NCBI GenBank assembly: GCA_951406725.2
Contig: OX597827.1
Coordinates: forward strand, 40,486,001-40,550,000
Direction of reading: 5' to 3'
Length of the DNA stretch: 64,000 nucleotides
From: Octopus vulgaris
Lineage: Eukaryota
The translations under genes and the position numbers were made by a program. Positions 25,547 to 38,690 of the stretch are shown here, one piece after another (within the stretch, counting starts at the first letter, position 1; each line of letters opens with the position of its first letter). Under the pieces are notes generated by a model that was given only the letters and a program-made list of their open reading frames with translations, was not told the DNA's origin and ran no database searches.

Positions 25547-25758
25547 CGGTGAGCTGGCAGAATCGTTAGTATGCTGGGCAAATTGCTTAGCGGCATTTCA
25601 TCCATCCTTACATTCTGTGATCAAATTCTGCTGAGGTTGACTTTACCTTTCATCCTTTGAGGTCAATGAAATAAGTACCGGTTGAGCACTGGCGGGGTCA
25701 ATGTAATCGACTAGCCCCCTTTCCCAAATTCCAGGCCTTGTGCTTATAATAGAAAGGA
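25547..25758 (+). mobile_element. SINE family B variant with (ATT)n tail
   Basis: GGTGAGCTGGCAGAATCGTTAG head and Nin-like domain, with a different 3' tail; a relative lies at 9285-9492(-). Confidence 0.8.
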
Positions 25759-27327
25759 TTATTATTATTATTATTATTATTATTGTGTATGCTTTTATGC
25801 ACCAAGCGCCTATATGAGAAGATCTCTCAAGGCTAATAATGCAGTATTCAGTATTGTCACGTGACAACCAAGTTTAGTTCGATATAAAGATTATCATTCA
25901 GTATTAAAACTGCTTCCATCACTAACAATTAATTCTTCTTATTATTATTAATGAAGTAATTATACATCTTACCCCTCTATACAATATTGGTCTTGCACCC
26001 CGGAAATCCATCATTTGACATCTGCAATTTTATATATATATATATATATGAATTTTATATTCTTGATACCACACTCTTTCTCCCTACCTCCTATTTTTTT
26101 TTTTAAACCTTCAGCATACTACAAGCAATGTTTCACACTATGAATCCTATTATCCTACTTTTAAAAATGTCATTGTGTTATGCTATACAATTTGCTATCT
26201 GAAATTGTCAACAAAATTTAATTTCAGTGTTTTTCACTCTGGTTTCAGTGTCACTTGTATTTTTTAAGCAAACAATCAGATTTATATATTCACTGCTGCT
26301 TGTCCCTGTTGTTTCATTGTCGCATTGATAAACTGATAAATCTTCAAAACTCAAAGCCTTTGTAAACATGGCACAGTTACTTTCGGTACCAACCCTTTCC
26401 TTAATTACTGTGTGGGATTTTGCCTGACAACAGGAGAGCTTCAGTTTAATACTGCACAACAACAAAACACTCTACACTCATATATACATGTGTGTATGGA
26501 TGTGTATATATATATATATTATTTATATTTAGTATCTTTGCTTGTACCACTTCTTTACACTTTTTTTCAGTGAAGTAAAGATTGATGCAATTGTGTGCAC
26601 CTTTTTTTGCTAGAAACATCATCAGAAGAAAGGGACAAATTGTCATGTCACCAGTGCTGCAGAACAAATTGCTATGTCTTGTCAATGCTCAGAGGAAATA
26701 CAGAGACTTCTGTGTTTATGTAGTGTGTCTTAAGAGAAATCAGTTTGGAGGAGACCATTTCTCTCCCAAAACCAAATATAGCTATAGGCAGATATGAACT
26801 TAGTATTGCAAACGTACAAAGACCTCAGCAGTTTTATATTTTCCTGCTATTGTTGCTCATAGCAAGTACTTCCTATCAAGTGGAACCTATATAGCTAGGA
26901 GAACTGGGCTCTTGACAATGATGTGGTTTGTGATCATGGCCACAGCACTGTACTGGTGTCAGGATGTAAAACCTTGGTTGGCCGAATGCTTGAATATCCA
27001 CTTAATTGATTTAGATAGCTATACTCTTTGGATTGCAAAATTATGCTTCTATTGCATTAACTAGCACACTATGTGTTGATAAACCCTTAATATAACAAGT
27101 GACTATAAACCAGTCTTTAGCCCATATCTCTTGGCAGCAATGTTTTGTTAAATTTATGATATCTCCATTTTCTGTTATATTCTGCTAACACACCTTTACA
27201 GTTGCTTGTTAACACTTTTCAGGTCCATACTTGTTGTCTTATATATTGTTGAATGTTGATAAATTCTTCAGGCCTTTTACTGATAATGTACCCTTTTTTA
27301 TGCCCTGTATCTTTTATACCTGTTTAA

Positions 27328-27949
27328 CCCTTTAGCATTTAATACAACTTATGGTGTTAGATATATTCATGACATATTAATGTTTTAAACAATGAGAACT
27401 AACCAGGTAAGGCCAGTTTGATTAGGTCACCTGATTTGGTTGGTTTTAGGCATGCTTAAAAAAGATTAAAATTGGGTTTGCCAAAGCAGTTAGAGTGGTG
27501 TATCTTGTCTCAGGTTTAACTTTTTAGCATTCCTAATAGTTTTACACTACTTTGCTAAAGCAGGCACAGTGTTAATCACTTTTGCATTCCTAAAAAAGTT
27601 ATCAGTTTGTTGGCATCAGATGTGTACCTAAAAATGATGAAATGATAAGAAAAAGAAGACACTCTGTGAGACTTAGTCAACTATTTTCTCCTCTAGCACT
27701 AAAAGTTATATTTCCATTTCATCTAACCATTATTAATTTATTGCTAGATGAAAGCCACATCATGCTGTTGCCAGCTCATCTATGTTGGTTATAAGCCTAC
27801 CTATCCTAACTGTAACAAATACTCCCATAGCTATGCTCTGTCCATTAGTACAAGAAAGTTACATATGTACAGTGCTAGCTTTAGCACTATTTTAATCAAC
27901 TATGCTGTCACTATGATGGTCATAATTGGCCAGTTTGAATGTTAAAGGG
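27328..27949. mobile_element. Old piggyBac-type non-autonomous element
   Basis: TTAA-CCCTTTAGCATT ... AATGTTAAAGGG-TTAA. Confidence 0.65.
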
Positions 27950-29849
27950 TTAAAAAACAAAATGTGATTTTTTTTTTTTCATCTGTTGTTTGCACACTGC
28001 TGCAGGTGAAGGCTGTATTGCATTTATATATTAAGAAACAAAGAAATGCTTGCCTTCTGTGAGATGAAAAAGGGAGGGGAGGGGTTAACATTTTTCTTTT
28101 TTCAATTTAAAAAAAAAATTCTTTTTTACTGCCATTTTGGAACTGCTTTAGCTTTTTAGACTTTATACTAAATGCTATTTGAATTGTTGTGAGCTTCTTT
28201 CTATGTGCCAGATGAGACGAGCTCTTCCAATACGTCTATGTCAAAGACAAGCACTTTTGATACCAAGTGTAGTGTAAAGGATTCTCCTACAAAAAATTCT
28301 TTCTGCAACTTCCCCTAATCATAACCTGAAGCTTATGATTAGAAGTTGCACAAAGACCTGGTCCTACGATGAAGGCTCTCCCAAACAAGCTTTCAGGATT
28401 GAGTTCTCCCACTCACAAACTACATATGAATACTGTGTATTCCTTTAATTTGAGGAATTTTGTCTTTCCTTCTTTCTCATCTTGATTTCTTGAACAAAAC
28501 AATGAGTTTTTTTATTTTATTTAAATGTGATTTGTGATATTGTCATTTCTGTTACAATATAATTATTCTTTCTTGTTCTTTCTGTTTTTCTCTCTTATCT
28601 TCTTTCTTTGTCTTCTTCAGACTTGGTGACAGTGTCTCTAATAAAGACCTTTGCAAACACATGCATGTTCATGCATGCATATACACTCACATGCGCACAT
28701 TCTTGCATGCATGCACATTCGCATATGAACATCCACACACAATTGCCAGAGTAAAAATTTTGCAATACAAATGTATAATGCGCATGTGTGTGTATATGTG
28801 TATATGTGTGTGTGTGTGTAAATGTGTATATAAAAAAAATATATTATAAACTCTATATGCATGTCTTGTGAATTATGAGAATATTAAGAAATTTGAGATT
28901 GAAAAACAACAAATGTGAATCAATATTTGCATGAGAGAAAAGATGTATGTCTACTCTGGTATGAATGATGACATGTTTGGTTAGTAAGAGGGCAGTGACT
29001 TGATTTGCATCCGTGTGTACATTGGTGTTACTTTACAATGGTTTCATACTCAGAATACTGTTAATAAATATATAACATTATATATAATTACAAACAAGAA
29101 GAATGAAGTAGGCAAGTCTTTTTATTGCATCAATTTACAATTGTTTCATCTGCATGTACTCTCATCAATCTTGCTATATTATGTTATAGTATACGCAACA
29201 ATTGATTCTTGAGGTCTCATTGAAATAACACACACTGGAACCGAATCAGAATTATGTATAAAAGTCATTTGCTATGGGAACTTAACAAGAATTTATATAC
29301 ATATTTTAAGTCCTGTTTACATGATTATATTTACATATTACCAACAAAATAAAAAAAACAATGGTTTAACTGGTCAAGGAAGAACAATGAATAGAAAAAA
29401 GAAATACAGAAAAGAAAGAAGTAGAAAAAAAGAGCTTTTGTTTTCAGGCGCTATAAAAAAATTATTGGCTTGTTAAGTTTCTATATTAGCAAAAGGATTT
29501 TAAAACTGTATTCTTCAATAACATTTTATTGTTTTTAAAGTATACTTATTCCATCAGCTAATTAGAAAGATATAGAAAACACATACACACAGATGTTTTC
29601 AATTCTTTATATGCCATGTCTTACTAAGTAGAAAAAGAATGGAGCAAATTAGTTAATATATACACAGGCTCGAAGGTTTAATTTCTGTGTATTTATACGC
29701 AAAAATCAAAAATTTAAAAAATTCTCCATTTTAACATTCATTCTAATGGACTCAGTTATATTTTCAAATTCGTAGGCTATTCTGTTATAAAAAATAAATG
29801 TAAGTATAATGATATTCCAACAGATATATTTATTAATGGTATGTACTCC

Positions 29850-29995
29850 TACATCCACACCATGCAGGTCTCTCAGGCATTTTAGAAGGATATTGAAAAG
29901 CTGTGGGCCCTTGAAACCCAAGTTGTTGCATATCCATTCTGTACTTTAATGACAATGCTGGGATATTTGGCACTATGCACTGCCTTGACTGGCTT
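29850..29995 (-). mobile_element. CR1/L2-like LINE C-terminal fragment
   Basis: LGFKGPQLFNILLKCLRDLHGVDV on the minus strand. Confidence 0.6.
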
Positions 29996-30379
29996 TCATG
30001 CCGGTGGCATGTAAAAAGCACCAATCCGATCGTGGCTGTTGCCAGCCTCGCCTGGCACGTAAAAAGCACCCACTACACTCACGGAGTGGTTGGCATTAGG
30101 AAGGGCATCCAGCTGTAGAAGCACTGCCAGATCAGACTGGAGCCTGGTGCAGCCTTCTGATGGACTCTGATGGAACCGTCCAACCCATACTAGCATGGAA
30201 AACGGACGTTAAACGATGATGATGATATATGTATATATGTATAGAAAAAAATATTGGGATAAGCAAGTTAGACATATCTAATATATTAAATATATTAAGT
30301 ACATAAAATGCAAAATATGTATATAAGTATACATGCAAAATGAGAGAAAGCAAAAGGCGAAAACTTTCAAATGATGAAT

Positions 30380-32935
30380 GATGAATTTATATGTATAAAC
30401 ATATAGATATTTATATTAATAGGTCCAACTTACACAGTACAATTAACAGAGCAATTCAAAGGGTGTGGAATAAAAGTATTATGAGTCCAACAGCTGTTTC
30501 TGGGGGGGGGGGGGGGCTTGGTGATCCATAATAATGTTGGTAGATTTAGTTCATCACAAATACAGCCATATGGCTACATATGGATTTAACATATGATGGG
30601 AAGAGCCTCCTTCATCAAGGTAGAGAGGATCTTACATTCCAGGTCTTAATGCAGAGAAGTTCAAAGATGGAATAATTAAATGTGGAGATCTAAGTGTATT
30701 AGTGGGGAGACTGGGGAGTATTGAGAGAAGGAATGTGAGAGGAGAAAAGATAGTTCAAGAAGAGTGAGGGGTTAGTAATGAGGCTAGCAAGGGAGTAGTA
30801 GTGGAGGTGGGGAGTAGGAAGGTGAATAGGAGGGTGAGGTAGATAGTATATGACTGGTAGTCTATTGAGATGAGCTTGTTAAAGTTTAGGGATGTACGCT
30901 ATAAAACTATTGGTCGGGATAGTGAGAAAAGGAACAGCAAATATTTGAGGGAAGTAAGGTATCTAGTTCAGTGGCAGAGGGAGATCACTAAGGTATTTAG
31001 AAATGTAAGAGAAGATAGAGGTGGGTGAGTTGGTGGTTTAGAGAGCAGTGGTTAGTGGGATAATGAATGAGGGGAAATATAATGGTATGCAGAGGTGTAT
31101 AAAATTGAAAAGAGGGAAGTGAATAGGGAGAGGGGTTGACAGTATCCAAATGTATGGGGTAATATTAAGTGCTTTTGGTTGAGGATGAGGAGAAATGGGA
31201 GGAGACCACTTGTGAGGGTGGGGAGGCTAGGTAGGGGATAAAATGTAGTAGTTAGAGGAATTTACAAAGGTAACAATGAGAAAGAATAGTTTAATAACTA
31301 GTATTAGTTGAGATAATAAGTTGCTAAGCTGACCTTGTTAATTTTGAGTATTGGATTACATAGACTTGATAAAATGGGCAAATGATGAGTAGAATATGTG
31401 TTTACAAGACACTATTACATCTGAGAATCTATTAAGTAATGAGGGGGTTATGGTAGCTAAGGATAGTTAGCAATTCTCTTGAATATAATTTACACTTACT
31501 AATGTTTGCATTGTATGGGGCAGCTTCAGTGATGATGGACCAGGATAGGGTATAGGGAATATTTTGAGATTTAAGCTTGCATATATAAGTTGCTTAGGAG
31601 TTAGATGATTTAGAATTTGGATTGGAGAAAGAGTTCATGTGTGTGCAGTAGCAACGCTTGAAATCAACAGTGCGTTGATGTAGACCATTACTTGATGGGG
31701 GTGTGGTGTTATAACACGATACTTGTAGACTACATTTTTACACAGACAGAAATCTCCAAGAGGGCATAGTTGAGAAACCTGATAATTGCAAATTTTCTTA
31801 CCTACTCTGCAGTTGGAGTTTACTGCAGGGAGGGTTAAACTCCAGTGGTCCGTTATTAGTGAAGGAGAACCTGAGGTAAATCTATATCAGTATTGGATTG
31901 GGTAGGAGTATTACTGCTAGTATATGTGGTTGCATGGGTAGAATTGTGGGAAGATGCCTTAAGTGGGCTGTTATTTAGTCAATATAGGGTTACTGCGAGT
32001 TGTGTTATTGCCACTAGGTGGGTTAATTTGATGTGCAGTGTAAAAAATTGCAGGTTCCAAGGACTGGCGTTGTAGTTTTTGTCTTAGAAGATGCAATTAT
32101 GGATCCCAAATTAGGTGTGGTAGAGTAGGAGATTTTAACTGATGATTTATTAAAGATAAGATAGTATTTATGCTGTGGTGGGAAGTTAAAGTTTAAGATT
32201 TTAAAGAAAAGTTCAGGTAGAGATTTAACTTGGAGGGAGAAAGGTGGTGCAAACCATAAGGTATCCCACTTCTTGGCCTTAGAATGTTTAGAGTTTGTGA
32301 TTATAGCCGGTGGATCTGGAACAGTAGGCTTATAGTTATTATTGGTTCAAGGTGGCCAGTGGGGCTGTTGAGTGCAATGTGTAGCAGTTTTTTTTGAGAG
32401 TCAGTGGATTGATGTTGAGTGGAAGAAAGGTCTGTGGAATTGGAGTTAGTATTAGGAAAGAGATATGCAATTTTAGTTTTAAGCCTGGCATTTGGGATAT
32501 AGGAGATCTTTTCATGGAAGCCACTTCTTTGGAGCGTCTAAAAAATTCTTCATTTGCAGCTAAGCTGGAAATTCTGATAGAAAGGTCTGTGACTATACTA
32601 TTAAGGGTAATCCACTTGCTGTAAGGAGTGCATCATCCCTGTAGAGTCCTCCAGAGAGGTTAGGGAAGCATTGTTTAATTTGGGAAAGAAAGAATAGACC
32701 AACTAGGTCAGTAACCTGGGCTGAGTCAGATGAACCCATAGTTGTATTGAAGAAATCGGTAGATGTGTTGCAGGTGCAGTTATTATCCTTAAAGTGAATT
32801 AGGGTTTTACTAACAGCCAGGATATCAATGTCAGATCGAGAAATGGGTGTATACTTTTGAGCAAAGATTAAGGCTTTATTCAATACAATTGGTGATATTC
32901 AAGAATAATAATATGAGATGTCAAACTGAAGGAAA
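30380..32935 (-). mobile_element. Penelope-like element (RT + GIY-YIG), 5'-truncated and degenerate
   Basis: [28 protein letters not shown] and GGLYRDDAL RT motifs. CNY...CPLGDFCLCKNVVYK...VYI...FKRCY..H.NSF GIY-YIG module at ~31640-31800. Hammerhead-like motif near the 3' end. Confidence 0.85.
30485..30622 (-). ncRNA. Degenerate type I hammerhead ribozyme motif in the Penelope 3' repeat
   Basis: TTGATGA (30618-30612), 111-nt insert, then GAAA-C-AGCT-G-TT. C3 is changed to U and the stems are weak, so it is probably inactive. Confidence 0.55.
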
Positions 32936-33009
32936 TGGGTGAGCAGTTTATCAAGAAGAAAGCAGAACCAGATGATGACATCACCAGTACAATTCCAGAG
33001 CAGAATATA

Positions 33010-33280
33010 CATGTATGTATGTATGTATGTATATATATCTATGTATATATATCTATATATATGTATATATATTATATATATATATATATAATCTGTATAT
33101 ATATATATATGTTTATGTATGTATATATATATATATATGTATGTATGTACATATGTTTATGTATGTATATATATATATATATGTATGTATGTACATATGT
33201 TTATATATCTATGTATATATAAATATATATATGTATGTATATGTATATATATGTATGTATATATATATGTATACATATAT
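33010..33280. repeat. (TA)/(TATG) compound microsatellite
   Basis: Directly visible. Confidence 0.95.
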
Positions 33281-34366
33281 ATGTTGGGACCAGACATGAG
33301 ACTGAAGAGACCAGAAGGAATTAGTTGCTCTCTGCAACCTGAAAGATATTTCCTCATCCAGGGAGCAAGAACGGCTGAGTGTGCTGCCCAGGTAGACAAG
33401 CTTGTCTACTACCTTCAGAATCGTTCCTTCAACCAAGATAGCTGGTTCTATATATGGATTTCCTGGTGCTGGCTGGAACATTATAACAGTCTTGTCCAGG
33501 CTAATGCTGAGTCCAAATGCCCTGCAAGAAGCAGAAATGCAATTCATGAGTATTTGCATGTCATCCACTGTATGAGTGACTAAGTCACAGTCATCTGCAT
33601 AAAGGAGGTCACGAATAATAGACTGGGAAACCTTTGAATTGGCAGTAAATCGGCGAAGATTACAGAGGCGGCCAGAAGATTGATATCTGACATATATTCC
33701 CAGAGAGCTAACCTTAGCAAAAGCATGAGTAAAAGTAGCAGCAAAGTACAAAGAAAAGAGAGTTGGGGCAAGGATGTCACCCTGCTTAACACCATTCTCT
33801 ACAGGAATGGGTCCTGCCATGGCACCACCAACATTGACCCAAGCCTCCATCCCATCATGAAATGATTTAATTATTGATACAAAGTGATCCGGACATCCAA
33901 GTTTGCCAAGTATTTTCCATAGAAAGGCCCTCTTTACAGTATCAAAGGCTTTAGTTTAAATCAATGAATACCTGGACAAGATCCATATTCTGCTCATAGC
34001 ACTTCTCCTGCATCTGTCTTGCTGTGAAAATCATATCCATTGTCCCTCTACCAGATCGGAAGCCACATTGAGATTCAGATAGGACATCATTTACGAGACA
34101 CCCATTCAGACGGGTAAGAAGAATATTTGCCAGAACCTTGCCAGCAGCTGATAGTAGAGCAATACCTCTGTAGTTACCACACATTGTTCTGGCTCCTTTT
34201 CCTTTATACAGAGGAAGAATAATTGCATCCTTCCAGTCCTGAGGGATTGTACCATCCCTCCAGACTGCACTAATAAGTTCATGAAGGGACTGTGTGATGC
34301 AATTACCACCAAATCGCAAGACCTCAGCACAAATTCCATCCTTTCCAGATGCCCTACCAAGATTCA
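33281..34366 (-). mobile_element. Inverted 5' part of an RTE LINE (RT domain)
   Basis: GRASGKDGI, NYRGIALLS, ESQCGFR, FIDL(fs)TKAFDTV, GVKQGDILAPTLF, LLYADD, YLGS on the minus strand; one frameshift near 33951. Confidence 0.95.
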
Positions 34367-35135
34367 ATCTTTCAGGTTGCAGAGAGCAACTAATTCCTTC
34401 CGGTCTCTTCAGTCTCGTGTCTGGTCCCAACATGGCATAGCAAGGAGAACAAAAGTTGCTGTGTACTGTGCTTGTGTACTGACATCGCTTCTCTACTCAT
34501 GTGAGACATGGACTCTGTACAAACGTCAGGTCAGGGTCTTTGAACGTTTTCATCAGAGATGTCTCAGACACATTCTCAATGTTGGCTGGACCTCAAAAAT
34601 TCCAGACACACAGATCCTGAGAACAGCTGATATCTTGAGTATTGAGGCGATGGTACACAAGCACCAGTTGCGTTGGACTGGACACCTTATTAGAATGGAG
34701 GATAGAAGGATTCCTAAGCAGATGCTCTATGGAGAACTTGTGAATGGAAGGAGACTCCGGCAGAAACCAAGGCTGCGATTTAAGGACTGTGTCAAGTCCT
34801 CATTAAAGGCCTTTGATATGCAGGACACTGACTGGGAGAACAATGCCTGTCATCGCCACAGATGGAGGAAGCAGGTTAAGGAGGGGATCGACACTTTTGA
34901 GAGAGCACGTATCCAGCATGAAGAACTTAAGCGAGCTGCACGAAAGCGCACGGCTTGTATAGTGAATGGGGAAAGCTTGGTCTGCAATGTTTGCAGTCGT
35001 GTATGCTTGTCAAGAGCAGGAATCATTAGCCACCAACGGAGCCGCAAATGCAAAATATAAGTTAGTCCTAGAGCGCACAATGTTCCTGAAGGTCGGCAAT
35101 GGTCTTCCTCAGTCACGAGTGGACGGCCATTTAAA
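34367..35135 (+). mobile_element. 3' part of the same RTE LINE in sense orientation
   Basis: LLYSCETWT, FHQRCLR, QLRWTGH, IPKQMLYGEL, C-terminal CNVC...H zinc finger, stop at 35060, short 3' UTR. Confidence 0.95.
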
Positions 35136-35162
35136 AAACAAAATATATATATATATATGTAT

Positions 35163-35204
<42 letters not shown>

Positions 35205-35211
35205 TGATGTA

Positions 35212-36161
35212 TTGGTCATCCCATAAATAATATGGATTTTTCAATTGCATGAACTAAAAGTCGGAGGGGGACGGGATAAACTACCTGCATCAACTTGCTA
35301 TAAAAGGAGGTAGTTATTTTATCTTGTGCTTATTCTTAGTTCAAGTTTTGAAGTCTGCGGTTCGATTTTAACAGTTATTTTTTTCAAAGCTATAATGGAA
35401 GTGACAATGGAACATATTCAGCATATTTTTCTTTATGAGTTCAATAAAGGCAACAACGCAATGGAAAATGCAAGGAATATTAATGCAGTATATGGGGATC
35501 AGACATTAAGCACAAGCCAGTGTCAAAGGTGGTTCCAGAAATTCCAAGCCAGAAACTACAGCCTAGACAACCAGACCCATCCTGGAAGATCTGTAGAGCT
35601 TGACAAGGACATCCTGCAAACCCTGGTGGAATAAAATCCCATCGTAACTGTTGAGAAACTTAGATTTGGTCATTCAAGCATTCATTGACACATGTGTGCC
35701 ATCAGAAAGGTCAGCAAATTGGATCAATGGGTTCCTCATGAACTTTCCTAGTATAATTACATGCAGAGAGTGAATGTGTGCTCTTCTTTGCTGTCATGTC
35801 TCATGAATGAAGCTTTTTGGCCCGAATAGTGACCAGTGGTGAGAAATGGGTTCTCTATAAAAATGTCAAGTACTGAAGACTAGGTAAGGATAGGAAATAT
35901 AGTGGCACTCCAGGCTAAAGAAGGTCTTCACCCATGTAAGGTGTTGTTATCTGTTTGGTGGGATATGAAAGGTTTAATCCAATTTGAACCCGATGGAAAA
36001 AATATGATTTCTGTAGATGAGGTCAGAACAGTACTAGATAGATGGAAGAGCATTGTAGAAAATGGAGAGTATATTTTGGATTAAAAAAAGAACTTTGTTT
36101 ATCTTAATTTTGAAAACTAAATGAAGTATAAAAAACCCCCATTATTTATTGGTTGACCCAA
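35212..36161 (+). mobile_element. Internally deleted mariner with both TIRs
   Basis: TA-TTGGTCATCCCATAAATAAT ... ATTATTTATTGGTTGACCCAA-TA; HTH, WVPHEL, LSVWWD and RWKSIVENGEYILD remnants. Confidence 0.9.
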
Positions 36162-36937
36162 TATATATGTGTGTGTGTATGTATACATCCAAAACGATGA
36201 AAGAGATAAAAAAGGGCTAAAAATAAAGATAAAGGAAAAATGGATGATAATAGAAGTAAAAATGAAAAAAAAAATAAGAGAGCCCCCAAGTAAAATGAAA
36301 AAGTCACTCAACAATCAAAGACACAAATAGGAAGTGCACACAAGTGTGTGAATTCTTCCTGCACAGTGACTGCTGGCATAGAAATGATGGTGCCAACTGC
36401 CACATTTTGCACCCAAAGCAATGCCACATACAGAACAAAAGCAAAAACCTCCCTCCAAAAGTATTAAAAGACAATGGAAGGCTCCAAAGTCATGCATCAC
36501 CTGCATCAAAACTAAAATATGCTGATATAGTGCATAATTTTGGTAATTTTAGTAACAATTCAAACAGATAAGATGCATTAAGAATTTCAATTTTAGTGTT
36601 TTTAACCATAATATTTTATTGCTTTTACATCTATTAATTAAATTTTACCTGCCCATAAAAGTCAAATTTATTTGGCAAGATCACCAAAAGTTACATAACT
36701 ATAAACCAGTGGTATATAAAGCATCCTCTGACAAAATTTCAAATCTGTATGTAAAAAATTTACAAAGTTACAAGAAAATATAGTGGACACCTCTCTTGAA
36801 ACTGAATCATTCAAAATAACGTAAACATTTGACAGATGAATATGGACACTAAAGATGTCTTTAGGTGTTTTTTTTTACGCACACACATAACATGGCCTCA
36901 CTCTGTTGGGACTACACATGTGTTACTTTGGCATCAT

Positions 36938-37076
36938 CACATGGTTCTGGGTTCAGTCCCACTGCATGGCACATTGGGTGAGTGTCTTCTACTATAGCCT
37001 CGGGCCAACCAAAGCCTTGTGAGTGGATTTGGTAGACGGAAACTGAAAGAAGCCTGTCGTATACATGTATATGTAA

Positions 37077-37110
<34 letters not shown>

Positions 37111-37318
37111 TTGTGTGTTTGTCCTCCCCCCCCCCACCAACATCGCTTGACAACAGATGCTGGTGTATTTACGTGTCCGTAACTTAGCGGTTCTGCAAAA
37201 GAGACTGATAGAATAAGTACTAGGCTTACAAAGAATAAGTCCTGGGGTCGATTTGCTCGACTAAAGGCGGTGCTTCAGCATGGCCACAGTCAAATGACTG
37301 AAAAAAGTAAAAGAGTAA
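36938..37318 (+). mobile_element. SINE family A, 5'-truncated
   Basis: B box to GTAAAAGAGT tail. Confidence 0.9.
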
Positions 37319-38214
37319 GCATAGAAACTGTAAGTTTATACTAGTTTATTTCTCAAAACTAAAAACGAAGAAACAAATGCAAAAAATAAAAAAATAACAA
37401 AATCACTAATCAAATTTGAACTTATACATTGTGATCTAAATTGAGGATAAAATTAGAAAAAACAAGTTTAATTATTAATGTTTATTTTAAGTGTTATTAT
37501 AAATTATGAAACAGGTTTAATTAATTAACTTTAATCACAATAACTCAGGCCTGCTTCTCACTGTTACAATTGAAAGTAACAGTGAGAAATAGAACAGAAG
37601 TGACTATATCCAGGACAAAAGCCAAGGCTGTTGTTATCTATTGCACATCTGTTGCTTTTTAAAGAATGCTTCTGACATCACACCCAGAACATCTGATACC
37701 CTGAGCTATGTACTGGTGCAATGGAAGGGTGTTTTGTTGTTGTTAAGTAAGCTACTTCAAAAGGAATATTTGTTTGAAAGGTGTTGAGATATGAAGGGTA
37801 ACCTTGAACATTATCAGTTACCAATTATGATTTTAAGGTTGAGTTCTTGGCAATTTATTTTCTCTGTTGGGTAATAGTTTGAAACACACTACTCCATGAT
37901 GAAAATTTCCATTATTATGCTGGTTTGTTTTTGTTTGATTTCCATATTGTAGGCTGATGCCTCATTGATCCTCATAAGATCAGTTTCCTGGTTTCCATGG
38001 AACATATATTTCCCCATGAACAGGATTACTCACTTTTATCAGCTGAATGAATTGAAGAAATGAGAAATGAAGTGTTTTGCTCAAGAACACAATGCACACC
38101 CCAGTCCAGGAATTGAAACCACAATCTTATGACCATAACTACTATGTCCTAACTACTAAGCTATGCACCTCCACCTGATGCCTCAATGGTGGTAGTTTTT
38201 CCTCTTCTCACATG

Positions 38215-38690
38215 ACTGCTGGCCAACTACAGCTTTTTCGCTTCGGGCCAGCGCCACGATAACATCGGTTCCTTCGTCTGCCGTAAGGCATTATTTTTCG
38301 AATACGCCAGCTGAGTTCAATTCGTCTAAGTCGAAAGATGCCTGTTGTTATGTCCTGTTATTATTAATATTATTGTTTTTTGTATTTATATTCGTATTAT
38401 TTTTTGTTTTTTGTATTTATATTCACGTAACATCGTCCGTTTTTCTGTCCTTGTTTCATATACATTCGATCCTTTTTCCAAGAAATCTAATGCTCGTAGC
38501 TTAGTTTTTCCTTGGGGCTGGCCAGATCAGAGCAATCTCAAGATTAATCAGCCGAAATTGCGAGGATGATCCGGTTCTTTACTGAAGATTAGAGGCTTTG
38601 AATGACCCGTCCGTGTTTTTTATATTGTCTATTTGAATGTTTTGCATTCTTGTCCTATTTTGTATTTTTATATAAACACCATCTGGCAGT
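38215..38690 (+). repeat. Interspersed repeat, possibly a Penelope-type terminal region; second copy at 63770-64000
   Basis: Shared GAATCTAATGCTC.TAGCTTAGTTTTTCCTTGGGGCTGGCCAGAT...AATCAGCCGAAATTGCGA-like sequence in both copies. Confidence 0.7.

Noticed and set aside
33281-35060. Functional or domesticated reverse transcriptase gene
   Set aside because: Split across strands, frameshifted, and lacking the endonuclease and 5' end.
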